From Acutalibacteraceae bacterium (GTDB lineage Bacteria; Bacillota; Clostridia; Oscillospirales; Acutalibacteraceae), in the NCBI GenBank assembly GCA_045592945.1, contig JAZNVT010000025.1:45655-109654 (forward strand): a stretch of 64,000 bases of DNA, written 5' to 3'. The notes beneath the pieces are model-generated. The model was not told the DNA's origin. It worked only from the letters and a program-made list of their open reading frames with translations, and ran no database searches. Positions 1 to 8,937 of the stretch are shown in pieces. A program made the translations under genes and the position numbers. Within the stretch, counting starts at the first letter, position 1. Each line of letters opens with the position of its first letter.

Positions 1-1545
1 GAGAAAACCTTTTCTGATTTACTCATAAATCTTAAAAATGATGAAATAGGCTTAACGAACAATATTTCATACAGAAAAGGCGACAGTATAATTAAAACCG
101 AGAGAAGCTACTGTGTATCTCTTGAGGATTACCCGTCACCCTATACAACGGGCGTGTTTGATGAAATTGTTAAAAACAGTCAGGGCTTAGAATTGCTTTC
201 TGTTTTGGAAACTACAAGAGGCTGTCCTTATTCCTGTGCATACTGCGATTGGTGTGCAGGTAAGAAAATGAGATTTTTCCCAATGGAAAAGGTAATAGCA
301 GAAATCAAATGGCTTTCAGAAAATAAAATAACCTATTGCTTCTGTGCCGATTCAAACTTCGGTATGTTTGACAGAGATATCGAAATAGCCCAGCATCTTA
401 TTGAAGCAAAAAAGAAAAACGGCTATCCCGAGGTTTTCAGACCCTGCTACGAAAAAAACAGTGACGAAAGAGTATTTAAAATTTGCAGTGCCTTAAACAG
501 CGTTGGTATGGACAAGGGTGCTACGATGGCATATCAGACTCTTTCAGAGGAAGCCTTGAAAAATATAGGTAGAAAAAATCTTACAATGGAGCATTTTTCT
601 AACCTTATGAAAAAATACAATGAAGCAGGAATTCCTACCTATTCCGAATTGATTTTAGGTCTTCCCGGCGAAACAAAGGAAAGCTTCTGCAAGGGTATTT
701 GTAAGCTTCTTGAAAACGGTCAGCATAATTCAGTCAGCGTTTATCACTGCGAGGTTTTACCCAATTCAGAGCTTGCTCAACCCGAGTACATTGAAAAGCA
801 CAAGATAGAAACGATAAAGGTTGCCTTTAACCATATTCACAGTGCACCGAAAAAGGATGAAGAGGTTAAAGAGTATTCGTATATTGTTCGCTCAACTGCT
901 ACTTTAGACCGTGATGATTGGGTGTATGCAAACCTTTTCTCAATTTGTCTTCAGTGCTTCCATAGCTTAGGCGTGCTCCGTTATTTTGCTATGTATCTTC
1001 ATTCCTTGGGTGAGGTTACTTATTACGATTTCTACACAGCTTTATTGAATTTCATCTTCGAAAGCGACGGGAAGCTTAATAAAATGTGGACTCTCTTTAA
1101 AGAAAAATATGAAAATTCTCTTTCAGGTAATTGGAATTATTACGACGAAAAATTCGGCAACGTAACCTGGTTTTTCGAAGAGGGTGCATTTATTGAGATT
1201 GCATCAAATTACAATGAGTATTTAGAAGAATTACTTGTATTTCTTAAAAAATACGATTTTCCTGAAGAGGTTTTCAGCGAGCTTTTAAAATATCAAAAGC
1301 TTCTTTTGAAAAAGCCCTTTGAAAAGGGTGCAGCTGAAGAATTCAGTTATGATTTCTATAGCTTCTTTGACGGTATTGTAAAAGGTCAGGAAAAGGATTT
1401 ATTAAAGGTTAAGACCAAAATTACCGTTAAGCCTAAAACCGTGTATGACGAGGTTTCCCGTTATGCTAAAGAGGTTGTTTGGTTCGGTCGCCGTAGGGGT
1501 GCTACTATCTACGGTAACGACGAGGTAGCCTGCGAATCACTTTAA
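1..1545 (+). CDS. Radical SAM protein (cobalamin-binding class B type), 5' end cut by window edge
   Basis: Frame 1 is open from nt 1, with no stop before the listed GTG at 154. CPYSCAYCDW is the CxxxCxxC cluster motif. The ELILGLPGET block is typical of class B radical SAM enzymes. Confidence 0.8.
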   Translation, partial: EKTFSDLLINLKNDEIGLTNNISYRKGDSIIKTERSYCVSLEDYPSPYTTGVFDEIVKNSQGLELLSVLETTRGCPYSCAYCDWCAGKKMRFFPMEKVIAEIKWLSENKITYCFCADSNFGMFDRDIEIAQHLIEAKKKNGYPEVFRPCYEKNSDERVFKICSALNSVGMDKGATMAYQTLSEEALKNIGRKNLTMEHFSNLMKKYNEAGIPTYSELILGLPGETKESFCKGICKLLENGQHNSVSVYHCEVLPNSELAQPEYIEKHKIETIKVAFNHIHSAPKKDEEVKEYSYIVRSTATLDRDDWVYANLFSICLQCFHSLGVLRYFAMYLHSLGEVTYYDFYTALLNFIFESDGKLNKMWTLFKEKYENSLSGNWNYYDEKFGNVTWFFEEGAFIEIASNYNEYLEELLVFLKKYDFPEEVFSELLKYQKLLLKKPFEKGAAEEFSYDFYSFFDGIVKGQEKDLLKVKTKITVKPKTVYDEVSRYAKEVVWFGRRRGATIYGNDEVACESL

Positions 1546-1555
1546 TTTAAGACTG

Positions 1556-2818
1556 GTGGTGAGGACAATAAAAAAAGTAAAAACCTTTGCCGGTAAGCAT
1601 TATTACGGCTTGTGTTTGTTTGCATTCTTATTTATATATTGCATAGTTGTCCCCACTGAGGGCAGACCTTGGATTGTTAATGACGCAACCTATAGCTTTT
1701 ATGCAATAGATTTCAGTGTAGGCTTTTGCTCAAGAGTTATTCAGGGCGCGTTGTACAACCTTATTTTCAGAACACCCGATTATTTAACGGCTTCAATTTA
1801 TCTTATCGGCATTTTTATAATCACCTTTGGTGCAGTAAGCTTTTTAGCTGAAAAGTTTATTAAAACCACTGATGCTCAATACAGAAAATCAGCAATTATA
1901 ATTACCTTGTTTTTCCTTACGGGTCCTGCAACCTTTGCAGTGTTAGTACCGATTTTTGGAATGATAGATATTTTCTGGGTTTTCGCTACGGCTTTAAGTA
2001 TGCTTTGCCTGCAAAATAAAAAGCTGTATTTTCTTGTTGTTCCGTTAGCGGTGTTTATGGTATTCGTTTATTACGGTGCTACCCTTTGCTACGTTCCGCT
2101 TTTAGCAATTATGTTGCTTTATAAGATATCGGTAACAGAGGAAAGAAAAGAAAAGCGGTACCTTACTGCAATATTCTTTGCAACGGTTGCTCTCACAATT
2201 TTCTTTACCGTGTATTTCGTAGTTTTTGAGCGTTCAAACCTTACTATGACTATGGAAGAATTCGATAAGTTCCTTGTTGGCAGGGGCGTTAGCGAGGGTG
2301 ACTTGTATTACTACAACTTCAGCTACTACCGTGATATAGATGGCTTTGAAGAAAACGGCTTCCTTGAGGTACCCGAATTTGATGCGGGCTCATCACCCTC
2401 CGAGGTAATTAAGGTTCTTTTCCAGCAGGCTTGGATTTCAATTTTTGTAAAAGAATTTACTTACGTTACGTTTATAGTTGCTCTCTTACTATTACCGATT
2501 CTTGTTTTTATTTATAAATTCCTTATAACCTTTTTCAGGAAAGCAAGGGGCAACAACGTGAAAAGATTTTCATTGTTGTGTGCTATGTCACTTTTCCCCT
2601 TTGTAGTTGTAGCAGGCTTCTGCTTCTCAACTGACGTTGTAAGGTGGATAGGCAACGCATTTTTACCCACTCTTGCATTGTTTATGTATATACTCTATAA
2701 GGAAAGAGCTTGGGCGATAGAGCTTGTACACCGTTCTTTAAATGCCATCGGCACAACAACTCTTATACCTTACTATTTAGTGTATTCTTTAACGGTGTTC
2801 CTGCCCGATTTAAGTTGA
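1556..2818 (+). CDS. Polytopic integral membrane protein, function unknown
   Basis: 420-aa ORF with many hydrophobic segments, starting 10 nt after the radical SAM stop. GTG start assumed. Confidence 0.55.
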   Translation: MVRTIKKVKTFAGKHYYGLCLFAFLFIYCIVVPTEGRPWIVNDATYSFYAIDFSVGFCSRVIQGALYNLIFRTPDYLTASIYLIGIFIITFGAVSFLAEKFIKTTDAQYRKSAIIITLFFLTGPATFAVLVPIFGMIDIFWVFATALSMLCLQNKKLYFLVVPLAVFMVFVYYGATLCYVPLLAIMLLYKISVTEERKEKRYLTAIFFATVALTIFFTVYFVVFERSNLTMTMEEFDKFLVGRGVSEGDLYYYNFSYYRDIDGFEENGFLEVPEFDAGSSPSEVIKVLFQQAWISIFVKEFTYVTFIVALLLLPILVFIYKFLITFFRKARGNNVKRFSLLCAMSLFPFVVVAGFCFSTDVVRWIGNAFLPTLALFMYILYKERAWAIELVHRSLNAIGTTTLIPYYLVYSLTVFLPDLS

Positions 2819-2848
2819 TGAAATTTAGTGCTTTTAGGGGGAGATGAA

Positions 2849-3640
2849 ATGAAAGCTAAAACAATTAAATTAACTTTCTGGTTTTTGTTTGTAACGTTTA
2901 TCAGATTTTTCCCTCAGTTAGAGTTGCTTATTGAGGCGCAGTATTTTATTTATCTCGCCGCAATTCTTGTAAGTGCTTTATGTATTTGCCTTATACCAAA
3001 AAGAATTGTAGGCGGTATTATTGGTGGTTTAATAACCGTTGGAGTTTCTGTTTACAGCCCTGAGTATTTCCTTTTTGCACTTCCTGTTTTGTTGCTTATT
3101 TATGCTCACGGTGAAATTGCTTCTTGGAGCATTAAGCTCAACGAAACCGAAAGCAGTGAGATTAAAGGGAAAAATACAAAGAAAAACAAAGCAAAAAATC
3201 AAAAGAAGTCCATAAAAGATTTTATCAGCTGTATAATATGCGGAGCTGCAGTTGTATGTAGCGGTTTGCAGCTTGTGCTTTTAGATACAAGCCGTCCAAG
3301 AGAGCATAAGGATTCTATCGGGGATTATGGGTATATAATTTTTTATGCCGTATTTTTAATTGCATTGCTGGTAGTAGCTCTTATAACTAAATCAACAAAT
3401 AAAAAGCCTGTAAATTCACAGATGAGCTTGCAGTATAAGGTCTTTTATATTGCCTCCTTCGTTTGCTTAGCACTGCAGACAGCTTCAATATATTTAAGTG
3501 CTCAGAGCTCAACAATTACAAACAGAGTTGAGTTTCATTATTGGTTTTTATTCGTAATAGCAATTATTTTAAATAAAGATTTTTATCTTGATGAATTGAT
3601 AAAAAAATTTACTCTCTCATCAATGAAGGACAGAGGGTAA
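2849..3640 (+). CDS. Integral membrane protein with Lys-rich cytoplasmic loop, function unknown
   Basis: ATG at 2849 is preceded by GGGGGAG. Several TM segments. The KGKNTKKNKAKNQKK loop is low complexity. Confidence 0.5.
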   Translation: MKAKTIKLTFWFLFVTFIRFFPQLELLIEAQYFIYLAAILVSALCICLIPKRIVGGIIGGLITVGVSVYSPEYFLFALPVLLLIYAHGEIASWSIKLNETESSEIKGKNTKKNKAKNQKKSIKDFISCIICGAAVVCSGLQLVLLDTSRPREHKDSIGDYGYIIFYAVFLIALLVVALITKSTNKKPVNSQMSLQYKVFYIASFVCLALQTASIYLSAQSSTITNRVEFHYWFLFVIAIILNKDFYLDELIKKFTLSSMKDRG

Positions 3641-3703
3641 ACAAATAAACAGGGGAAAACAACGGGCGAGGCGGTAGCCCATTCTGTAGGTAGTGGTGAA
3701 GAA

Positions 3704-4585
3704 ATGATATTAGTAGTCGGTTGTGGCTTTTTAGGAAGTTACCTTTTAAAGCATATACTGAATGAAACAAATGAAGCCGTTATTGCAACGGTGAGAAGCA
3801 CAGAAAAAATCCCCCGTATAGACGGAGTAAGGCTTATAAAATGTGACATTTCAAGCGAAGAGGATTTAAAAAACCTTGCAGAAGCTTGCAATGGTGAAGA
3901 ATTAAAGGTGTTTTACTTTGCCGCTTGTCACAATATAGATTTTCTTTATGAAAATATTGAAAAGGGCAAGGAAATAAACATCACCGCTTTAAATAACTTT
4001 ATTTCTTATATACCCAATATAAAAGAATTCTACTTTGCATCTACTGATTGCGTTTACGGTGAGGGTGAAAATAAAGCTTACCGATTTAAAGAAACAGATG
4101 CTTTAAAGCCTATAAACGAATACGGCAAGCAAAAAGCCGAGGCGGAAAAAATAGTAATTGAAAACGGCTTTACTGTTTTAAGACTGCCCTTTATGTTAGG
4201 AAAGTCGCTTTCTTCAACACCCCATTTTTACGATAAAATTACAGCCTCACTAAAAAATAACGAAGAGGTTGAAATGATTGACGGAATGTATCGTTCTGTG
4301 TTAAGCTATTCTCAGGCGGCAGAGCTTATATATTCCTTGTCGCTTTTAAATGAGAAGCCTCAGGTTATAAACGTCTGCTCGGATGAGTCCTTAAGTAAAT
4401 ACGATATGGGCTGTATTCTGGCAGAAAAGCTTGGTGCTGATAAGAGCTTAATAAAAAAGATTTCCGAAGACGAGGGAAAGAAATTCTTTAAGGATAAAAG
4501 AGTTTCCTTCGGTGCTATGGATAACGCTCTTCTTAAAGCCTTGCTTAATAAAGAAAAAATTATGTGGGAGGTAGAAAAATGCTGA
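3704..4585 (+). CDS. NAD-dependent epimerase/dehydratase family protein
   Basis: N-terminal Rossmann motif VVGCGFLGSYL. YGKQK matches the YxxxK catalytic motif of SDR-type sugar epimerases. Confidence 0.8.
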   Translation: MILVVGCGFLGSYLLKHILNETNEAVIATVRSTEKIPRIDGVRLIKCDISSEEDLKNLAEACNGEELKVFYFAACHNIDFLYENIEKGKEINITALNNFISYIPNIKEFYFASTDCVYGEGENKAYRFKETDALKPINEYGKQKAEAEKIVIENGFTVLRLPFMLGKSLSSTPHFYDKITASLKNNEEVEMIDGMYRSVLSYSQAAELIYSLSLLNEKPQVINVCSDESLSKYDMGCILAEKLGADKSLIKKISEDEGKKFFKDKRVSFGAMDNALLKALLNKEKIMWEVEKC

Positions 4586-5556
4586 TTACAAGAACACCGT
4601 TCAGAGTTTCTTTTTTCGGTGGCGGAACAGATTATTACGAATATTTTTCCGAATTCGGCGGCAGTGTGCTTTCCACAACTATTGATAAATATTGTTATCT
4701 TACAATTCGTAAGCTTCCACCGTTTTTTGAGCATAAAAATCAGCTTACATATTCAAAAATTGAAAGATTTAATGAAACTGATGAAATTCAGCATCCTCTT
4801 GTAAGAGCGGCTCTTGAGTATATGCCAACTGACCGTATTCAGATTTCCTACGATGCGGATTTACCTGCAGGCTCCGGTATAGGCTCGAGCTCATCATTCG
4901 CGGTAGGTCTCCTTCAGAGTCTTCACGCTCTTAAAGACGAGTACCCCGATAAAATGGTGCTGGCAAAGGAAGCAATACACCTTGAAAGAGTAATGTGTAA
5001 CGAGGGTGGCGGTGTTCAGGATCAGGTTGCTGCGGCTTTCGGAGGTCTTAACCGTATTGATTTTACAAAAGACGGCTATACTGTTACACCCGTCGAAATT
5101 TCAAAGGAAAGACTTGATGAATTTCAAAGCAATTTAATTCTCTTGTTTACAGGCTTTACAAGGTATTCGGGAATTATTGCAACAGAGCAACAAAAGGGTA
5201 TCCCCTCAACCCTTAATCAGCTACACGAAATGAAATCACTTGTTGATAAAGCAGAGGATATATTAAAAAACGGAAACCTTGACGATTTCGGCAGACTTCT
5301 TGACCATACCTGGCAGTTAAAACGCTCTTTATCCGATTATATAAGTAACTCGGAAATTGACGAAATGTATCAGAAAGCAAAGGCTAACGGAGCATTGGGA
5401 GGTAAAATTCTCGGTGCAGGCGGTGGCGGATTTATGCTTTTATACGTGCCGAAGGAAAAACAGGCAAGGCTTATAGAAAGCTTCAGCGATTTAAAGGTCA
5501 TTCCCTTTAAATTCGAAAATGAGGGAACGAAAATCATCGTGCAAAACGATACGTAA
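4579..5556 (+). CDS. GHMP-family sugar kinase (heptose-phosphate kinase HddA-like)
   Basis: N terminus MLITRTPFRVSFFGGGTDY and GHMP motif PAGSGIGSSSS. GGAGG RBS lies 6 nt before the ATG at 4579. Overlaps the epimerase stop. Confidence 0.8.
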   Translation: MLITRTPFRVSFFGGGTDYYEYFSEFGGSVLSTTIDKYCYLTIRKLPPFFEHKNQLTYSKIERFNETDEIQHPLVRAALEYMPTDRIQISYDADLPAGSGIGSSSSFAVGLLQSLHALKDEYPDKMVLAKEAIHLERVMCNEGGGVQDQVAAAFGGLNRIDFTKDGYTVTPVEISKERLDEFQSNLILLFTGFTRYSGIIATEQQKGIPSTLNQLHEMKSLVDKAEDILKNGNLDDFGRLLDHTWQLKRSLSDYISNSEIDEMYQKAKANGALGGKILGAGGGGFMLLYVPKEKQARLIESFSDLKVIPFKFENEGTKIIVQNDT

Positions 5557-5688
5557 TATAAAAAACAAAAACCTTCCTTCTGTTACATCAGCAGGCTCGG
5601 TTATTGACTACACTTTTTTTGATATGTAGAATTAGGGTGTAAGCCAATGATTATAGTACTGTTGAATGTATAAGCAGGGAGGTTGTTT

Positions 5689-6978
5689 ATGTTTTTAACA
5701 AGATTTATTGCAGTAATGATGTCTATGTCAGTATCATTTTTACCATTATCAATTTTTTCCGACCTTTTCGGTCAAAAGGAAACAGTTTTTAGTTATGAGG
5801 TTTATAGCAATATAGAATACGGCTTTCAGGAAAGAAATAAAATGGATATATATGTACCTGAAAATGCAAACCAAAGGGAGTATAATGGTGCGATTCTTTA
5901 TATTCACGGTGGTTCGTGGACAAGCGGTAATAAAGAAGATATGAATGAAAATTGTATAAAACTTGCTGAAAAAGGTTATATTACCGCAACAATGAATTAT
6001 ACACTTGTTTCCGAAACCGGCAATGCAAATGCATTTACTATGCTTGATGAGGTAGACCTTGCAATAAAAAGATTAAAACATTTTTCTGATGAAAAAAACC
6101 TTAATATTACAAAGCTTGCAACAAGTGGTTATTCTGCGGGCGGTCATATATCTGCTTTATATGCCTATACAAGACCTCAAGACAGCGCAATTGAACTTGT
6201 TTTTACCGCTAATCAGGTAGGCCCGTCTGATTTTCACCCTGAAAATTGGGACGGTCAATACGGTGAAGGAATGGCATATTCTCTTGTGGCACAGTTGGCA
6301 GGCGTAAGGCTTGAAGATATAAGCAGTGATATTGCAGAAGATATTATAGTGTCTGTTTCACCTGCTTGTAATATAACATCCTCGTCAGTTCCTTCTCTTG
6401 TAGCTTACGGCGGAACGGATATGATAGTTCCTAAAGGGAATGCAGATGCAACTAAAAAAGCATTAGAGGAAAATGGCGTAGAGCATACGTTTATTCTTTA
6501 TCCGCTGTCAAATCACGGTTTGAAATTAGATCCCACAAAAGCAAGGGAATACGATGAAACGCTTGTTTCTTTCTGTGAAAAGTTTTTTGGATATAATGAT
6601 TTGAAAATAAAGCAAGAAGCTGAAAAAACAGAAACGCAAAGCACCGTTACTACGCAAAAACCTATAGACAGTAATAAAGAATCTACCGAAAAAGAAACTC
6701 AAGGTAAACCGATTTCAAATTCAACCCAACCATCCCAAACGTCCCCGACTGCAGCTCAAGAAGGAAGTGTAACCCAGAGCATTTCTCAAACTGTAGGTGA
6801 TGCGAGTATCCAAACAGAAAGTATTAACCAAAATATTTCAGTTGAAAGTGGCAATAGCTCGTCTGATTTAATTAAAATAGTGCTTATTACAAGCGGTTTG
6901 TTCTGCTTGGTGTTAATTGTCAGCATCATCGTCGGTATTGTTCTCCTTAAAAAACAAAAGCACAAAGAAAAAGAATAA
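5689..6978 (+). CDS. Alpha/beta-hydrolase esterase with Ser/Thr/Gln-rich linker and C-terminal TM anchor
   Basis: HGGSW oxyanion block and GYSAGG nucleophile elbow. N-terminal hydrophobic segment, low-complexity TQ/S-rich tail, then a hydrophobic stretch plus KKQKHKEKE. Confidence 0.75.
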   Translation: MFLTRFIAVMMSMSVSFLPLSIFSDLFGQKETVFSYEVYSNIEYGFQERNKMDIYVPENANQREYNGAILYIHGGSWTSGNKEDMNENCIKLAEKGYITATMNYTLVSETGNANAFTMLDEVDLAIKRLKHFSDEKNLNITKLATSGYSAGGHISALYAYTRPQDSAIELVFTANQVGPSDFHPENWDGQYGEGMAYSLVAQLAGVRLEDISSDIAEDIIVSVSPACNITSSSVPSLVAYGGTDMIVPKGNADATKKALEENGVEHTFILYPLSNHGLKLDPTKAREYDETLVSFCEKFFGYNDLKIKQEAEKTETQSTVTTQKPIDSNKESTEKETQGKPISNSTQPSQTSPTAAQEGSVTQSISQTVGDASIQTESINQNISVESGNSSSDLIKIVLITSGLFCLVLIVSIIVGIVLLKKQKHKEKE

Positions 6979-6993
6979 AAGATAAAAAATAAA

Positions 6994-7027
6994 AACCAAA
7001 AGTCAAAACGACTTTTGGTTTTTGATT
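6994..7027. terminator. Bidirectional rho-independent terminator between convergent genes
   Basis: AACCAAAAGTC-aaaac-GACTTTTGGTT, flanked by an A-run and a T-run. Confidence 0.65.
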
Positions 7028-8056
7028 TTATCTATGTAAATTTATATATTTAATAAGCTTATTCCAGTCCTCTCGGCTGAAATAGTGAAGACCTTTTCTC
7101 ATATGGTAGCCTATATCACCCTCAAAAAACATATCGTTGATTTCGGGGTATCTGTTTTCATATTTAAAGCCGTTTTTAAAAGCAGGGCTTGCGGCAACGC
7201 AGGAAAGCATTTCTGAACGGGGGTCTGCCCATAAATCCTCGGATGCACTGCCGATAACCGCGTGTCTTGGGGCAATTGAAGCTATAAGATAATGCTGGTC
7301 AAAGGGCATAGCCGATTCATTATCTCTGTATTTATTATAATTTTCGCAAAACCAGAAGGGGAATCTGTCGGTGATTTCTTTTACAGTTTCACCACGAGTC
7401 CAACGGGCGAGAGAAGCACCTGAGCAGCCTGAATCGTTTGAGTATGCGAATTTAAATCTTTCGTCAAACGCGCCTGCAACGAGGGCGGTTTTACCAAGCC
7501 TTGAATGACCGCAAACTGTACCGCAGTCAATAAGAAGCTTGTCGGTAAGGGTTTGAGCATAGTCCATAACTCGTGACGCAGCCCAAGCCCACATTGCAAT
7601 TTTGCCTGCGTCGGTAGAGCTTCTTTTTCCGTCGGGGAAAAGAATGCCTGCAAAGCCGTTTGTAAAGTCGTCGCCATCAGAGGTTATATCGTTATAGTAC
7701 ACTGAAAAAACTGCGAAGCCGTTATCAATAATTTCTTCCGTAGGCATATATCTGTCGGGGTTTAAATCTCTGAAATTAACGTGAATAAAGAAAGGGTGCT
7801 TTTCATTGTCGGTAGGTAAATTTGCAAAAAACGGGAAAGAGAATTCTTTGCCGTTTACAACGCATTTTGCAGTAACCCTGTTGCAAACCGCTTTTCCTGC
7901 GCAAAATTTAGGTATAACCTCTTCCTCAACCTCAAAAGAAATGCTTTCAGGCTTTGGTGGCATATAGCCGTAAATTTCTTCCTGTAAAATTTTAAGCATC
8001 TCTTCACGGGGTAAAAGAGGGGGTAAATTTAATTCATCAAGTATTTTTAAAAGCAT
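7028..8056 (-). CDS. Putative carbohydrate esterase (CE15 glucuronoyl esterase-like)
   Basis: GHSRLGKTAL resembles the G-C-S-R-x-G nucleophile motif of CE15. No signal peptide seen. Confidence 0.55.
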   Translation of the reverse strand: MLLKILDELNLPPLLPREEMLKILQEEIYGYMPPKPESISFEVEEEVIPKFCAGKAVCNRVTAKCVVNGKEFSFPFFANLPTDNEKHPFFIHVNFRDLNPDRYMPTEEIIDNGFAVFSVYYNDITSDGDDFTNGFAGILFPDGKRSSTDAGKIAMWAWAASRVMDYAQTLTDKLLIDCGTVCGHSRLGKTALVAGAFDERFKFAYSNDSGCSGASLARWTRGETVKEITDRFPFWFCENYNKYRDNESAMPFDQHYLIASIAPRHAVIGSASEDLWADPRSEMLSCVAASPAFKNGFKYENRYPEINDMFFEGDIGYHMRKGLHYFSREDWNKLIKYINLHR

Positions 8057-8104
8057 ATTATCAGCTCCTTTAAAAAGGTTATACCATATTTAAAATAAAA
8101 GAGC

Positions 8105-8147
8105 AAGAAAAACTCCTCATACCTGCATTTAAGCTGGTATGAGGAGT
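8105..8147 (-). terminator. Rho-independent terminator after the HTH regulator gene
   Basis: ACTCCTCATACC..GGTATGAGGAGT stem, followed by a T-run on the minus strand. Confidence 0.55.
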
Positions 8148-8152
8148 TAATA

Positions 8153-8764
8153 TTAATCTTTATTTATTACCTTTTTATGCCATGAACCTTTATGACATTC
8201 AGGGCATTTCATATATCTTGTTCTGCCCACGTGAGGTGCCAGAAAAACAGATATATATTTAGGCACGTATTGATGGTGACATTTCTTACATTCATAATAG
8301 CCTGCAACCTGCTCAATACGTAATAAGAATGGAATTGCTACCAACAGCGGTATCATACTTGATAAAACTATTACTACCTGCTTCCATTCTTCCATTGGCA
8401 CGAATAAGCCGATTACAATACCAACTGCGAAGGGCACGCATGCCATTAAGCCTGCAAGTATTTCCATACGGAGTAAGTGTTTGTCAGCTTCTTGCTTCTG
8501 CTTGACCATTTCAAGCAAGTTGTTTTCTAATTCTTTGTTGTAATTATCCATCGTAACAACCTCCCCACTTAATAAATCGTTTACGCTGATATTTAAAATT
8601 TGACACAACTCGAGCATTATCGAAGAATCGGGTAACGATTTTCCCGTTTCCCATTTCGAAACAGCTCTGTCGGTGATGTTAAGCCTTTCAGCTAACTGCA
8701 TCTGAGTAAGACCGTTCTTTTTTCTTTGCTCGGCTATGAACTTTCCGATTTTTAAAAGATTCAT
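8153..8764 (-). CDS. XRE-family HTH regulator with TM segments and C-terminal zinc ribbon
   Basis: N-terminal HTH (GLTQMQLAERLNITDRAVSKWE), two hydrophobic segments, and CKKC..CPEC cysteine pairs. AGGAGG RBS. Confidence 0.8.
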   Translation of the reverse strand: MNLLKIGKFIAEQRKKNGLTQMQLAERLNITDRAVSKWETGKSLPDSSIMLELCQILNISVNDLLSGEVVTMDNYNKELENNLLEMVKQKQEADKHLLRMEILAGLMACVPFAVGIVIGLFVPMEEWKQVVIVLSSMIPLLVAIPFLLRIEQVAGYYECKKCHHQYVPKYISVFLAPHVGRTRYMKCPECHKGSWHKKVINKD

Positions 8765-8937
8765 ATTGTGCCTCCTTTCAATAATAGTGTAAGCTCTTTG
8801 TAGGGGAAAATCTACAAACCGTTGGTTGAGTGGTGGGGAATCAACTTGTATTCTATAAAATTATATCACAAAATAAAGCCTTTAACAATAAAAACCACCC
8901 ATAACTTTAAGTTACGAGTGGTTGATAGATTTATTTA

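Noticed and set aside
4360-4804. ORFs 4360-4734 (-) and 4619-4804 (+).
   Set aside because: They are antisense to or out of frame with the epimerase and GHMP kinase genes, with no RBS and low-complexity translations.
6600-6900. A possible DNA tandem repeat in the esterase 3' region.
   Set aside because: It is a compositionally biased Ser/Thr/Gln-rich linker at protein level. No exact nucleotide periodicity is seen.
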